Notes: generated by a model from the letters alone, not told the origin. Positions 30,696-39,683 are shown, counted from the first letter of the stretch. The stretch is 64,000 bases of DNA from Spirochaetia bacterium (GCA_965198005.1 CBDAOI010000004.1:2112001-2176000), one strand, 5' to 3'. Numbers and translations: made by a program.

Positions 30696-31837
30696 GCGCG
30701 CTGGCGGGCGGGCGGGCGGTGGCGGCGCTGCTGCTGGGCCTGCTGGCGGCGGCGTCCGCGAGCGCTGATCTGCGTACCGTCGTGACGGTGGAGGCGCGCC
30801 TGACCGGGCTGTCCGACCCGGGCGGCGTACCGCTGCTCGTCGGCGGCGGCAGCGCCCGCCTCGATCTGGCAGCGACCGGCAACCGCAACGTGCGCGGCCA
30901 GCTCAGCCTGAGCGCCGAGCTGCGGCGTACGGAGGACGCGGCCGGGGCGCCAGCCGCGGTCGAGGTGGAGCGCGCCTTTGTGCGCGCCCGGCTGCCCGGG
31001 TTCCGCCTCACCGCGGGCAAGACCCGTCTGGCCTGGGGCCGGGGCCGGTTGTTCAACGCCGGCGACATCCTGTTCGGGCAACGGCCGGCGTTCGCGGCCG
31101 GCGCCGGCGAGTTCCTCACGGCCGCCGACTGGCTGGTGGCCGCCTACGTGCCGTTGGGCCGGCTGTCGTTCCTGGAACTGGTCGCGTTGCCGCCGCTCGA
31201 CCCGTTCACCATCGACCGCACCGACGCCGGCGGCCGCCTCCTGCTACGGCTGGGAGAGCTGACCGTGGAGAGCGGCTACCTGTACGCAGCCGCGCGCGCG
31301 GCCGCGGCGCAGGCGCGGGAGCGGGAGCACCGCGGCTACCTCAGTCTGAAGGGAGCGGCCGCCGGCATCGACTGGCATCTGAGTGCCGGCACCGCGCTGC
31401 CCGCCACTCCCGGGGCCGATCTGCGCCGGGCGGCCGAGCAGCACCTGCTGCTCACCGGCGGCGGCCTCGGGTTCCTGGATCTCGGGCCGGAAGCCGGGGT
31501 CGTCATGCTGCTGCTCGAAGCGGGCGTACGGCCGTGGCGCGCGTGGCAGGACACCACTCCCCCGCCCTCCCCGACGCTCGACCACTACGGCGTGTACCTG
31601 TTTCCCGAAGTGGGCTACAGCCCCGCCGACGGCTTGAACCTGTCGCTGAGCGGCGTGCTGTCTCCGATCGACAGCTCGGGGGTCGCCGCCGCCGGCGCCT
31701 CCTGGAACATCCTGCAGGGACTGACCCTGGGGCTGTACACTTCGGTGACGTATGGCCACGCCGACGCCACCTTCGCCTGGGAGCGCCCGGGCGGACTGGC
31801 CGCTACCCTGCTCGCCCGCTACGTATTCGGCTCGTGA
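30692..31837 (+). CDS. Putative outer-membrane beta-barrel protein
   Basis: Signal peptide, ERAFVR..GKTRLAWG motif, C-terminal RYVF; TTG overlaps previous stop. Confidence 0.65.
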   Translation: MSALAGGRAVAALLLGLLAAASASADLRTVVTVEARLTGLSDPGGVPLLVGGGSARLDLAATGNRNVRGQLSLSAELRRTEDAAGAPAAVEVERAFVRARLPGFRLTAGKTRLAWGRGRLFNAGDILFGQRPAFAAGAGEFLTAADWLVAAYVPLGRLSFLELVALPPLDPFTIDRTDAGGRLLLRLGELTVESGYLYAAARAAAAQAREREHRGYLSLKGAAAGIDWHLSAGTALPATPGADLRRAAEQHLLLTGGGLGFLDLGPEAGVVMLLLEAGVRPWRAWQDTTPPPSPTLDHYGVYLFPEVGYSPADGLNLSLSGVLSPIDSSGVAAAGASWNILQGLTLGLYTSVTYGHADATFAWERPGGLAATLLARYVFGS

Positions 31838-31873
31838 TGAGACCGCCGCACGTGATCTCGGGTATACTGCGGC

Positions 31874-32191
31874 ATGCTGCACGTAATCGTCACCATGCAC
31901 GTCAAGCCGGGCCGTCTCGAGGAATTCCTGGTGCTGGCGCGCGCACTCGGAAAGCTGGCCGAGGCCGAAGCAGGCTGCGTGCGTTACCAGTACACGGTTG
32001 ACACCCCCTCGCCGCTCTCGATTCAGGATCCGGTAGACCCCCACCGGGTGACGCTGATCGAGCAATGGGAGTCCCCCGCGACGCTGGCCACGCATCTTCA
32101 GGCACCACACATGAAGCAGTACGGGCCGCCCATGAACGAACTGCGTACCGGCGGCCTCACCGCCCGCGTCACCCGCCCGATCGACTCCTGA
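31874..32191 (+). CDS. ABM-family (putative quinol) monooxygenase
   Basis: VKPG, EAGCVRY, IEQWES..LATHLQAPHM. Confidence 0.88.
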   Translation: MLHVIVTMHVKPGRLEEFLVLARALGKLAEAEAGCVRYQYTVDTPSPLSIQDPVDPHRVTLIEQWESPATLATHLQAPHMKQYGPPMNELRTGGLTARVTRPIDS

Positions 32192-32274
32192 GAGATTCGC
32201 CGGCCGCGCGCGCCCAACCCTCCGCCAGGGTACGACTGCGCCAACTGGCGGAACGCGTTGCCGGCGGCTATCTC

Positions 32275-32667
32275 ATGCTGCTCCGCGTGAGCGCCGTGGT
32301 GCTGATCGTGGCCGCGGCCGCGGCCGTGTGCGGGCTCATCATCGCCACGCCCTTGTGGCTGTTCGCGACTCGGGCCACCGCCTCTTACAACGTGTTCGTC
32401 GCGGTCGTCGCGGTCGCCGCGCTGGGCGGGACGCTGGCTGTGCGCCTGGCGCGCCGTACGCGCCAGGCGCACAGCGGCCGCCGCGCATTGGTTTCCGGAG
32501 CGCAGGTCCTGGCCCGCACGGTCGCGGCGATCGCAATTGCCTGCGCGCATCTGCTGGCCTTCACCCGCTGGGGGTTGATCGCTGGACTGGTGGGCCTGCC
32601 GGTCACGCTCGGGGTGCTCGGGGTGCTCCTGTTCGGGGGCCGCCGTCCGCGCTCCGAGTCGTTCTGA
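32275..32667 (+). CDS. Hypothetical membrane protein
   Basis: Four hydrophobic segments; start uncertain. Confidence 0.55.
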   Translation: MLLRVSAVVLIVAAAAAVCGLIIATPLWLFATRATASYNVFVAVVAVAALGGTLAVRLARRTRQAHSGRRALVSGAQVLARTVAAIAIACAHLLAFTRWGLIAGLVGLPVTLGVLGVLLFGGRRPRSESF

Positions 32668-32685
32668 GAAATCTGAGAATACTGC

Positions 32686-32715
32686 TTGAACGCTTATCGG
32701 AATGTTCGGTATAAT
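32686..32715 (+). promoter_or_regulatory. Sigma70-type promoter
   Basis: TTGAAC-N18-TATAAT. Confidence 0.75.
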
Positions 32716-32720
32716 CGCTG

Positions 32721-32912
32721 GTGACGAGCCGGAGGAGCGGTGGTGGTGCACTCGGCGGGTTCCGGGAAAGCCCACATCGTTGCTTCAGGTTTCGTCCATG
32801 CTGTCGATAATTAGGGTGTCGGTAACAGCTATAGTTCCCCTCCCAGTTTACTATACTGATGTGCCGGCACCCGAAAGGGTAGGTCGGTCCCGTCCCGGGG
32901 CCGACCTTTTTT
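32721..32912 (+). ncRNA. Candidate structured RNA (leader/attenuator or sRNA), family unassigned
   Basis: Between promoter and terminator; two long hairpins; no credible ORF. Confidence 0.6.
32881..32912 (+). terminator. Intrinsic terminator
   Basis: AGGTCGGTCCCG-tcc-CGGGGCCGACCT followed by a T run. Confidence 0.85.
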
Positions 32913-32952
32913 ATTGCCGCTGCCACCGGCTCGGGCGCCCGGCAGGAGCGCT

Positions 32953-35454
32953 GTGCGCGTGACGCGTTCGCCGTGGCGGGTGGTGGTGTTCGCCGCCTGC
33001 ACGCTCGCAGCCGCCGGGGTGGGCGCACTGCTCGGGCTTGCGCTCGCCACCACGTCCAACATTCGCGGCCTCGACGAACCGGACCGGCCGGCGCTGCCGG
33101 CCCGGATTCTGGACCGGCACGGCCGGTTGATCACGGAGTTCTTTCGCGACGAAAAGCGGGAGATCATTCGCATCGAGGAGATCCCGCCACACTTGGTCCA
33201 CGCACTGCTGACCCGCGAAGACCGCCACTTCTTCCGGCATCGCGGGTTCCGGATTCCCGACATCGTTCGCGCTGCCTGGCATCTGGCAACCGGCCAGTTT
33301 CGCTCCGGGGCCTCCACCATTACCCAACAACTGGCCGGTTCCCTGTATGCCGACCGTAGCGAATTCTCGATTCGGCGCAAGCTGGTCGAGCTGTGGTGGG
33401 CCATTCAACTGGAGCGCTGGCTGACCAAGAACGAGATCCTGGAGCGCTATCTCAATCTGGTGTACTTCGGGAAAGGCACGCACGGCGTGGAGGCCGCTTC
33501 CCAGTTCTACTTCAAGCACTCGGCGCGCGAGGTGACCCTGGCCGAAAGCGCGATGCTGGTCATCCAGCTCAACCGGCCCGGCGGAAACTCACCCATCAAC
33601 TACCCGAACCGGGCCCGGCCACTGCAACTGGAGATTCTGAATCAGATGGTCGACCTGGGTTACGCCACGCGCGAACGGGCGGAGCTGTCCTTTCAACAGT
33701 ATTGGGACAGCTACGACTTCACGCGGTCGAACCAGGCCACGGCGTTTGTCGAACGTGAGGACGCCGCTCCCTACTTCAGCGAGTACGTCCGCCAGCAGCT
33801 TGACGAGTTGCTGCTGGGGTCGATGGACGTCTACGAAGAGGGATTGATCGTGCACACCACGCTCGACCTGGACTACCAGCGGGCCGCCCGCGGCACCCTC
33901 GCCCGCCACCTGCGGCGCGTCAACGACACCCGTGCCGCTCAAGCCGGCAGCCGGCTCAGGACCGCCGACCGCAGCTTTCTGCCGGTGCTCGACCTGCTGT
34001 CGCTCACCTTCAACGTCGAACAGATCCGTATCGCCGGCGTACGCGAACGCAAACAGGGTGTCGCCCGATTCGTCGATGGTATGGCGCCGACCCTCGACCT
34101 GCTCGGCATGATGCTGAACGCGGACGAACTGCGGTTCGTCTCTCAGGTCGCCTACCAGCGCGGCGAGCGGGACGCGCAGCGCACTCAGGTTGAGGCTGCG
34201 CTGGTGTCGCTCGATCCACGCACCGGCCACATCCTGGCCATGGTGGGTGGGAGCAAGTTCGAGACCGGCAACCAGTTCAACCGCGCCACCCAGGCGAAGC
34301 TGCAGCCGGGATCCGCCTTCAAGCCGTTGTACTACTCGGCAGCGATCAGTTCACGCCGCTTTACGCCCGCGTCGATGATCCTCGACGCGCCGGTCGTGTT
34401 CCGCAACGACGACGGCACCAACTACATTCCCTTGAACTACAAGGGCGAGTGGCAGGGGCGCGTCCTGTTGCGCCGGGCGCTGGCGAAGTCAATGAACGTT
34501 CCGTCGCTCAAGGTGCTCGACGAGATCGGTTTCGACGCCGCGATCGACCGTGCCAGCCGCATGCTCGGGATCACCGACCCGGAACAAGTCGAAGCCACGT
34601 TCCCGCGCAAGTACCCACTCGGGCTTGGCGTGATCGCCGTCTCGCCGCTGCAGATGGCGCGCGCCTACGCCACCTTCGCCAACCAGGGCAAGGCGGTGAC
34701 CCCGCTGGCGATTCAGTACATTGCCGATCGCCACGGCCGGGTGCTGCTGGAGGTGGAAAAGGAACTGCGCGCGCGGCAGAAGCTGGATCAGGACGAGTTG
34801 AGAATCATGACCCCGCAGGTGGCCTATATCATGACCGACATTCTCCGGAGCACCGTGGAGTGGGGTACGCTGCGCTGGGCGCGTGAACAGGCGGGAGGCT
34901 TCGACACCGCCATCGCCGGCAAGACCGGGACCACGCAGAACTGGTCGGATGCCTGGACCGTCGGCTTCAATCCCCGGGTCGTCACCGCGCTCTGGATGGG
35001 GTTCGATGAACGCGGAGAGACGTTGGGATTGTCGCTCACCGGCGCCACCGCCACGGGGCCGGCGTGGGCGCAGTACATGAAGGCGATCCAGCCGCAGGGA
35101 AACCTGCGGTTCAGTCGCCCCGACACCGGCTTGATCGAAGTCACCGTGAACGCCCGTTCGGGCCTGCTGCCCGCGGGCACCCCCGGCGAGGAGATAATTA
35201 CGGAACTGTTTCTGATCGGCACCGATCCCAAGGAGCGTGACGCCTTGGCGAGTCTCGAAACCGCCCGGCGGGAAACCGTCAAGCAGAACATTCGCAACGC
35301 GTTGCTCACGATCGATCTCGGCCCCGCGCCTCGAATCGAGCCCGTGGCGCTTCCGGCCGGGGTGGCGACGGCGCTCCCGTCAAGTGGTACATTGGACCAG
35401 GGAGCCGGCACCCCGGCACCGGCCCGGCCGGGGTCCAATCCCCTGATCGACTGA
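32953..35454 (+). CDS. mrcA: Class A penicillin-binding protein 1A
   Basis: EDRHFFRH, GASTITQQL, RKLVE, YLN (glycosyltransferase); GSAFKP, SMN, KTGT (transpeptidase); AGGAG RBS. Confidence 0.93.
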   Translation: MRVTRSPWRVVVFAACTLAAAGVGALLGLALATTSNIRGLDEPDRPALPARILDRHGRLITEFFRDEKREIIRIEEIPPHLVHALLTREDRHFFRHRGFRIPDIVRAAWHLATGQFRSGASTITQQLAGSLYADRSEFSIRRKLVELWWAIQLERWLTKNEILERYLNLVYFGKGTHGVEAASQFYFKHSAREVTLAESAMLVIQLNRPGGNSPINYPNRARPLQLEILNQMVDLGYATRERAELSFQQYWDSYDFTRSNQATAFVEREDAAPYFSEYVRQQLDELLLGSMDVYEEGLIVHTTLDLDYQRAARGTLARHLRRVNDTRAAQAGSRLRTADRSFLPVLDLLSLTFNVEQIRIAGVRERKQGVARFVDGMAPTLDLLGMMLNADELRFVSQVAYQRGERDAQRTQVEAALVSLDPRTGHILAMVGGSKFETGNQFNRATQAKLQPGSAFKPLYYSAAISSRRFTPASMILDAPVVFRNDDGTNYIPLNYKGEWQGRVLLRRALAKSMNVPSLKVLDEIGFDAAIDRASRMLGITDPEQVEATFPRKYPLGLGVIAVSPLQMARAYATFANQGKAVTPLAIQYIADRHGRVLLEVEKELRARQKLDQDELRIMTPQVAYIMTDILRSTVEWGTLRWAREQAGGFDTAIAGKTGTTQNWSDAWTVGFNPRVVTALWMGFDERGETLGLSLTGATATGPAWAQYMKAIQPQGNLRFSRPDTGLIEVTVNARSGLLPAGTPGEEIITELFLIGTDPKERDALASLETARRETVKQNIRNALLTIDLGPAPRIEPVALPAGVATALPSSGTLDQGAGTPAPARPGSNPLID

Positions 35455-35465
35455 TCGAGCATCGT

Positions 35466-35864
35466 ATGGAACTGCGCTACACACACGATCATCAATGGGT
35501 CCGGCACGACGGGTCGGCGCCGGCCATGCCCATGCAAGTCACCGTGGGCCTGTCCGACTTCGCCCAACAGGAGTTGGGAGAGATCGCACATCTCGATCTG
35601 CCCCGGGTGGGCGCCCGGGTCGAACGCGGTCAGGTGGTGTGCGCAATCGAATCGCTGAAGTCGGCCAGCGAGCTGTATGCTCCGGCAACCGGCGTGGTAG
35701 TGGCTGCCAACCGGGATCTGACGACCGCCGCGGGGCGCACCCTGATCAATCGGGACCCGCTCGGGGCGGGCTGGATCTTCCGGCTCGAGCTGGCCGATCC
35801 CGCCGAGCTCGAGCAGCTGCTGTCGGCCCGCGACTACGCCCGCATGACGGCCTCCGAGCCGTAG
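35466..35864 (+). CDS. gcvH: Glycine cleavage system H protein
   Basis: YTHDHQW, FAQQELG, IESLKSASE lipoyl-Lys, INRDPLGAGWI. Confidence 0.88.
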   Translation: MELRYTHDHQWVRHDGSAPAMPMQVTVGLSDFAQQELGEIAHLDLPRVGARVERGQVVCAIESLKSASELYAPATGVVVAANRDLTTAAGRTLINRDPLGAGWIFRLELADPAELEQLLSARDYARMTASEP

Positions 35865-35872
35865 GCGCCGGC

Positions 35873-36313
35873 ATGAGCGGTCCCGTCCTGTCGGTCCCCA
35901 TCGGCTCGATCGTGGTGGGTAAGCGCATCCGCATCGATCTCGGCGATCTGGCACCGCTCATGGACAGTCTGCGCACCCATGGCCAGCTCAGCCCGATTCT
36001 GCTTACCCATGATCTGGAGCTGATCGCCGGCCACCGCCGGCTGGAGTCGGCGCGCCGCCTCGGCTGGACCAGCATCGACGCGATCCTGATGGACGACGTG
36101 GGCGAGTTGCGGGCGCTCGAGCTCGAGATCGAAGAGAATCTGCAGCGGCGCCAGCTCAGCGAGGAGGAACTGGCCGCGGCGCTCATCCGCCTGGATGGAC
36201 TGAAACGGGGAAGCTGGCCGCGGCGTGTGCTGCGCGGCCTTGGCGCGGTGTTCGGCCCGTGGCTCGAGGCCATGCGGCGCAGCCTGCGGCGGCTCCGGCG
36301 GCGGCGCGGCTGA
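35873..36313 (+). CDS. ParB N-terminal (CTPase-fold) domain protein lacking a clear HTH domain
   Basis: RIRIDLGD, HGQLSPI, LIAGHRR, EENLQR; start ATG 35873. Confidence 0.85.
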   Translation: MSGPVLSVPIGSIVVGKRIRIDLGDLAPLMDSLRTHGQLSPILLTHDLELIAGHRRLESARRLGWTSIDAILMDDVGELRALELEIEENLQRRQLSEEELAAALIRLDGLKRGSWPRRVLRGLGAVFGPWLEAMRRSLRRLRRRRG

Positions 36314-36329
36314 CCCGGTGCCGCGCCGG

Positions 36330-38036
36330 TCAGCGGCCGACACCGTGCAGGAGCTGCTCCCGCGTAACCGTCAACCAGAGCGGCCGCCCGTGCGGGCAAT
36401 GCTGGAGGTCGATGGCGAACGAACGCCGCAGGATCTCGCGCGCGGCGCCTGCGTCCAGCACTTCGCCATCCTTGACCGCCAGCTTGCAGGCCACGTTCGC
36501 GAACGCCGCGCGTTGCAGGTCGGCAGTGACACCGCGCAGTCCCGCTACGTGGGCGGCCAGCCAGTCGGCCGGGAGCTGGTGCAACGGTTCCGCCAGGGCC
36601 ACGATCCGCGCCGACCTCCCCTCCCCGGCCGCCGCTTCCACCACGATGCCGAGCTCCTCCAGCCGCGCGCAGGCCGCCTGCAGCGCCTCGACCTCGTCCT
36701 GGTTCAACTCCAACTCGATCGGCAGCAGCAGCCGTTGGATCGGAAACGCACGCCGGCACAGGTCCTCGTACAGGACCCGTTCGTGGGCCGCGTGCTGATC
36801 GACGAAGTACAGCTTCCCGCCGATCTCCACCAGCAGGAACACGCCCAGCGCCTGCCCGAGGTAGTGCAGGTCGTCACCGGCGGTCTCCGGCGGCTCGGCG
36901 GCGAACGCCGCCGGTACGGCGGGCGCACCCGATACGGCGGGCGCAGCCGCCGGTTCCGGCGCGGGGCGCGCGGGCGCGGCCGCCGGGGGCGGTGCACCCG
37001 CGGGCGCGGGGCTGAAGCTCGCGCGCGCCCCCGGGGCCGCCAGCGGCGACCGGTTCCCGAACCGGGGAGTCAGCTCCTGCGCGACGCGCGCCACCGCCTG
37101 ATGCAGCGGCGGCAGATGCCGAAACCGGACTTCGCGCTTGGCGGGATGGACGTTGAAGTCCACCAGGTGGGGAACGATCTCCACGAACAGGCACGCGACC
37201 GGATGGCGGCCGCCCGGCACGATCCCGGCGTAGCCGTACTCGACCGCCTGCAGCAGCGCGTACTCCTGGATCCGGCGCCGGTTGACGAACACCTGCAGCC
37301 GGGTGCGATCGCGGCCGGCCAGCTCGGGGCGGGCGCCGATGACCGTGATCGCGAAGTCGGCGAAGGTGCGTTCCGCGCTGGCCAGGTCACCGGGATCGAC
37401 GCGGTTGCCCAGCGCGTCCGCTACCCGCTGCAGCGGCGTGGTGGCAGGCAACACCAGGCTCACCGCGCCATCCGCCGCGAACCGAAAGGTCACCTGCGGA
37501 TGGGCGAGAGCCTTCTCCAGCATTGCGCGCCGGCACATCGCGGTCTCGGCACCGGGACGACGCAGGAACCGCCGGCGCGCGGGCAGATCCGCGAACAACC
37601 GGGTCACCTGCACCCGCGTACCCGCGGCCGCGGGGACACTGCCGATCCGGCGCCGCGCACCGGCAGCCACCAGCCGCGACGCGTGCGCCGCATCCGCGCT
37701 GCGCGTGGTCAACTCCAGCCGCGCGCAGGCTGCAATGCTGGCCAGTGCCTCGCCGCGAAACCCCAGCGTGGTGAGGCGCTCCAGATCGTGCTCGGTGGAG
37801 ATCTTGGAGGTGGCGTGGCGCAGGGCAACCCGCTCGAGGTCGGCGCGGGCGATGCCGTGCCCGTCGTCGCGGACCGCCACCAGCCCGAGCCCGCCCGACT
37901 CCACCTCCACCTCGATCCGACCGGCACCGGCGTCGAGCGCGTTGTCCAGCAGCTCGCGCACGATCGAGTACGGCCGGTCGATGACCTCGCCGGCGGCTAT
38001 TATCCCCGCAACCTGCTGGTCGAGGAGCCGAATCAC
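36330..38036 (-). CDS. mutL: DNA mismatch repair endonuclease MutL
   Basis: IAAGEVIDRP, GFRGEALASI, DQHAAHERVLYE, ACK, CPHGRP. Confidence 0.96.
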   Translation of the reverse strand: MIRLLDQQVAGIIAAGEVIDRPYSIVRELLDNALDAGAGRIEVEVESGGLGLVAVRDDGHGIARADLERVALRHATSKISTEHDLERLTTLGFRGEALASIAACARLELTTRSADAAHASRLVAAGARRRIGSVPAAAGTRVQVTRLFADLPARRRFLRRPGAETAMCRRAMLEKALAHPQVTFRFAADGAVSLVLPATTPLQRVADALGNRVDPGDLASAERTFADFAITVIGARPELAGRDRTRLQVFVNRRRIQEYALLQAVEYGYAGIVPGGRHPVACLFVEIVPHLVDFNVHPAKREVRFRHLPPLHQAVARVAQELTPRFGNRSPLAAPGARASFSPAPAGAPPPAAAPARPAPEPAAAPAVSGAPAVPAAFAAEPPETAGDDLHYLGQALGVFLLVEIGGKLYFVDQHAAHERVLYEDLCRRAFPIQRLLLPIELELNQDEVEALQAACARLEELGIVVEAAAGEGRSARIVALAEPLHQLPADWLAAHVAGLRGVTADLQRAAFANVACKLAVKDGEVLDAGAAREILRRSFAIDLQHCPHGRPLWLTVTREQLLHGVGR

Positions 38037-39397
38037 CAGAGCGTCACCATGCTCTCGATGCCGGAGCTGATCACGGGAGCGCCGTCCCCGTCCCTCAGCC
38101 GACTGTAGACGTAGGAGAGCACTACCGGACCGAACTGGTAGTTGACGCGCGCCCGGATGACGCTGGCGGTCTCGGCGATCATCAGGGCGCGCAGCCAGCC
38201 GCGACTGCGGGCGTTGGCGGGGTCGACGGTCTGGTCGTAGGTGAGGTCGAAGCTCAGGCCGCCGACGATGCCGGCGGGGAGGAACCCGCGGGCACGCAGG
38301 TGGGCGTACCCGCTGGCGGGACCCGGCTTCTCGGAGAGCTCGAACGGGCCGTCGAGGCTCAGGCTGACGCCGGCCCCGCTATCCAGGCGGATCCCCACCT
38401 GCGCCAGCCACCCCAGGTGGCCCAGCCGGTCCGGTTCGTCCTCCTTCTCCTCCTGCACCCGCAACGCCTCGTAGTTCCGCCGGCGCACGGTGTCGTAGGC
38501 GGGACCGAAGTAGCCGGGAATGAAGTTGTACGAGTGGTACCGGAGCTGGGCCCGCCAGTCGAACCAGGCCACCTTGCCGTCCAGGCCGATCGCCCCGCCG
38601 GTCGGTATCTTGGCCCGGTTGCTCCCGTGGTGGCTCCCGTGGAGCTGCGCCCCGTCCAGGAGCGCGGCCACCGACACCGGCCCGGTGTAGAGCAGCGGCA
38701 CCCGCAGGTCGATGCCGTAGCCCGCCACCCGCCCATCTTCCGCCGGCATGCGGTCGAACACGTAGGCCGCGCCGATCAGGATCTGCTGCAGGAACAGGCT
38801 GTCGCCGAGACTGAACGGACGGACGTACACCCGCGTGCCGATCAGGTCGAACGCGACGAGGTTGCCCACGAACAGTTGCGTGCCGAGGAACGGGACCCCC
38901 ACCAGCTCGCCATCCAGACCCACCTCGCCGCCGAACACCCGGCGGCGCGCCAGGAACAGCGTGTTGGCGTAGTGGTCGACGATGAAGCCGTTGCCGAAGG
39001 TGACGCCCTCGATCGAGCCGAACTGGAGGTACAGCGGGGCGCCGCGCTCGGCCCAGCGCAGGTACACGATCTTGGTCAGGTAGACGTCCAGGAACCGGCG
39101 CTCAGGCGTGGGCACCCAATCCGCGCGGCGGATCTCCACACCCCCTTCCGTGAGAATGCGGAAGTGGAGATCGAGATCCAGGCCCAGCGCGAACGGGCCG
39201 ACGCCGAAGTGCGGCAGCAGCGACAGCCGCTGGTAGGCGTGCTCGTCACTGAGAAAGAACTCGGTGCCCATGCCGAGACCGAGTCCGAACTCCAGGCGGG
39301 GCGCCAGCTCCTGGGCACCGGCCCGCGCCACGCCGGCGAGCGCCGCCAGCAGCGTCCAGAGGGCGATTGCGCTATACTTGCGCACGGTACGGCGCAT
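38033..39397 (-). CDS. Exported, putative outer-membrane protein
   Basis: Signal peptide ending AGA-QE, TFGNGFIV..YANT segment, alternating hydrophobic strands, C-terminal W; start 39397 or 39385. Confidence 0.7.
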   Translation of the reverse strand: MRRTVRKYSAIALWTLLAALAGVARAGAQELAPRLEFGLGLGMGTEFFLSDEHAYQRLSLLPHFGVGPFALGLDLDLHFRILTEGGVEIRRADWVPTPERRFLDVYLTKIVYLRWAERGAPLYLQFGSIEGVTFGNGFIVDHYANTLFLARRRVFGGEVGLDGELVGVPFLGTQLFVGNLVAFDLIGTRVYVRPFSLGDSLFLQQILIGAAYVFDRMPAEDGRVAGYGIDLRVPLLYTGPVSVAALLDGAQLHGSHHGSNRAKIPTGGAIGLDGKVAWFDWRAQLRYHSYNFIPGYFGPAYDTVRRRNYEALRVQEEKEDEPDRLGHLGWLAQVGIRLDSGAGVSLSLDGPFELSEKPGPASGYAHLRARGFLPAGIVGGLSFDLTYDQTVDPANARSRGWLRALMIAETASVIRARVNYQFGPVVLSYVYSRLRDGDGAPVISSGIESMVTLW

Positions 39398-39683
39398 GGT
39401 GGTGTCGATGCTGCATCTGGTGGTCGATCTGCCAGGCGTGGGGTCCCTGAAGGAGAAACGGCGCGCCCTGGGCTCGCTCAAGGACCGCATTCGCGGCAAG
39501 TTCAAGGTGTCCGTGGCCGAAGTCGGCGGCAACGACCTGTGGCACGTGGCCGAGATCGGCTGTGCGGTCGTGTCCAATTCACATACCCACGGCGAGACGG
39601 TGCTGCACAAGATCGTCGCCTTCGCCGAGCACAACCTTGCGTTTCCGATTCGCAGCGCCCACGTGTTCTCCGAGCACTACTGA
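39396..39683 (+). CDS. DUF503 (YlxP-like) protein
   Basis: SLKEKR..L.SLKDRIR.KF.VSVAEV...DLW. Confidence 0.9.
   Translation: MVVSMLHLVVDLPGVGSLKEKRRALGSLKDRIRGKFKVSVAEVGGNDLWHVAEIGCAVVSNSHTHGETVLHKIVAFAEHNLAFPIRSAHVFSEHY

Noticed and set aside
22225-32191. tRNA-anchored genomic island
   Set aside because: No integrase or duplicated tRNA 3' end seen, and the accessory genes lie on the tRNA 5' side
32809-32829. T-box motif (AATTAGGGTG...)
   Set aside because: Lacks the TGGNACC antiterminator bulge and stem I motifs; downstream gene is not amino-acid related
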